Assembly: GCF_009914755.1 (NCBI RefSeq)
Contig: NC_060939.1
Reading direction: 5' to 3' (one strand)
Length of the DNA: 64,000 nucleotides
Source of the DNA: the human T2T-CHM13v2.0 reference genome, Homo sapiens
Of this stretch, positions 1-64,000 are shown one piece after another. A model generated the notes under the pieces. That model was given only the letters and a program-made list of their open reading frames with translations, was not told the origin of the DNA and did not search any database. Made by a program: the position numbers and the translations under genes. Each line of letters opens with the position of its first letter. Positions within the stretch are counted from its first letter, which is position 1.

Positions 1-434
1 TATTTGACAAACTCCTGTATGATTTTAAATTTTATTATTTTTCAAAACATATTTATGTTTTTTCCAATTAACAAAAATCACACACACTAAATGCCAAAAA
101 CTTAGGACACACAGGGAAGCACAAATGAAAACAACAATAATCACCATCCAAATGTAATCACTGTTAACTGTGGTATGTTTCCAGTATGTTTTTCAATGTA
201 CATGTAAAACATTATACAGATATGCCCTTTTTTAGAATACAAATTATATTTTATTTTACTTTTTTTGTTTTAGTGGCAGAGCCTCACTGTCACCCAGGCT
301 AGAGTGCAGTGGCATGACCATAGCTCACTGCTTCCTTGAACTCCTGGGCTCAAGTGATCCTCCTGCTTCCCAAAGTGCTGGGATTACAGGTGTGAACCAC
401 TGTACCCAGACAAAATTATATTTTAAATACTCAC

Positions 435-63619
<63,185 letters not shown>

Positions 63620-64000
63620 CTTGGCCCGGCGGTTACTTCCGGTCACTTTCGCCGGAACCTGACTGCGTCGTGGGCATGCGCGGTGTACGTAGCGGCTCCC
63701 GCTCGGCCTCGTGACTCCCGCGGAGACCTCTCGGCTGTCTCCGGTCGATTCCATTCGTTTCCTGTGGGGGGCAGTACCAGCCTCTCTAGCAAAGCCACAT
63801 CTGCCCTGACGCCAGTCCCACTCTGCTTAACTGCTCTGGCATGCTTGAAGGCCTAGCTTAGCGTAGCAGGCCGTTGCAGCCGTTCTCGCTCTGTGGCATT
63901 GCTCTTTGCCTTCTTGGTCCAGCTGCCTCCAGCTCCCTTGGAACCCAGTTCCTGCCTCTTTTCTTCGCTTTTCTTATTGTGCTGTTCGCTTACAGGCTCT

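Noticed and set aside
63760-64000. Possible exon of a neighbouring gene upstream of the SPG11 promoter
   Set aside because: No recognisable peptide or convincing splice-site pair in the frames I read.

Overview
Primate, almost certainly human, genomic DNA carrying the 5' half of SPG11 (spatacsin) on the minus strand. It holds the CpG-island promoter (~63050-63900), the start codon at 63619, and coding exons 1-21, which I joined by reading frame and splice sites (3686 coding nt, about 1228 codons). The gene continues beyond position 1. The introns are packed with interspersed repeats: roughly 60-70 Alu/FLAM/FRAM units by eye, L1 (including a ~3.2 kb L1PA nested in an older L1M), MaLR/ERV LTRs, Tigger and hAT DNA transposons, L2 and MIR. 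Almost all non-exonic ORFs in the track come from Alu or L1. I found no evidence for a new multi-gene system. The most notable signals are: a U12-type (minor spliceosome) intron 3; a GC-AG intron 14; a 36-nt tailless U2 snRNA retropseudogene with a target-site duplication (TSD) inside L1; a ~135-bp inverted templated copy in intron 15; short fold-back insertions in L1; a candidate 93-nt poison exon in intron 20; and several multi-layer nested insertions. Repeat subfamily names come from recalled consensus sequences and need RepeatMasker confirmation.
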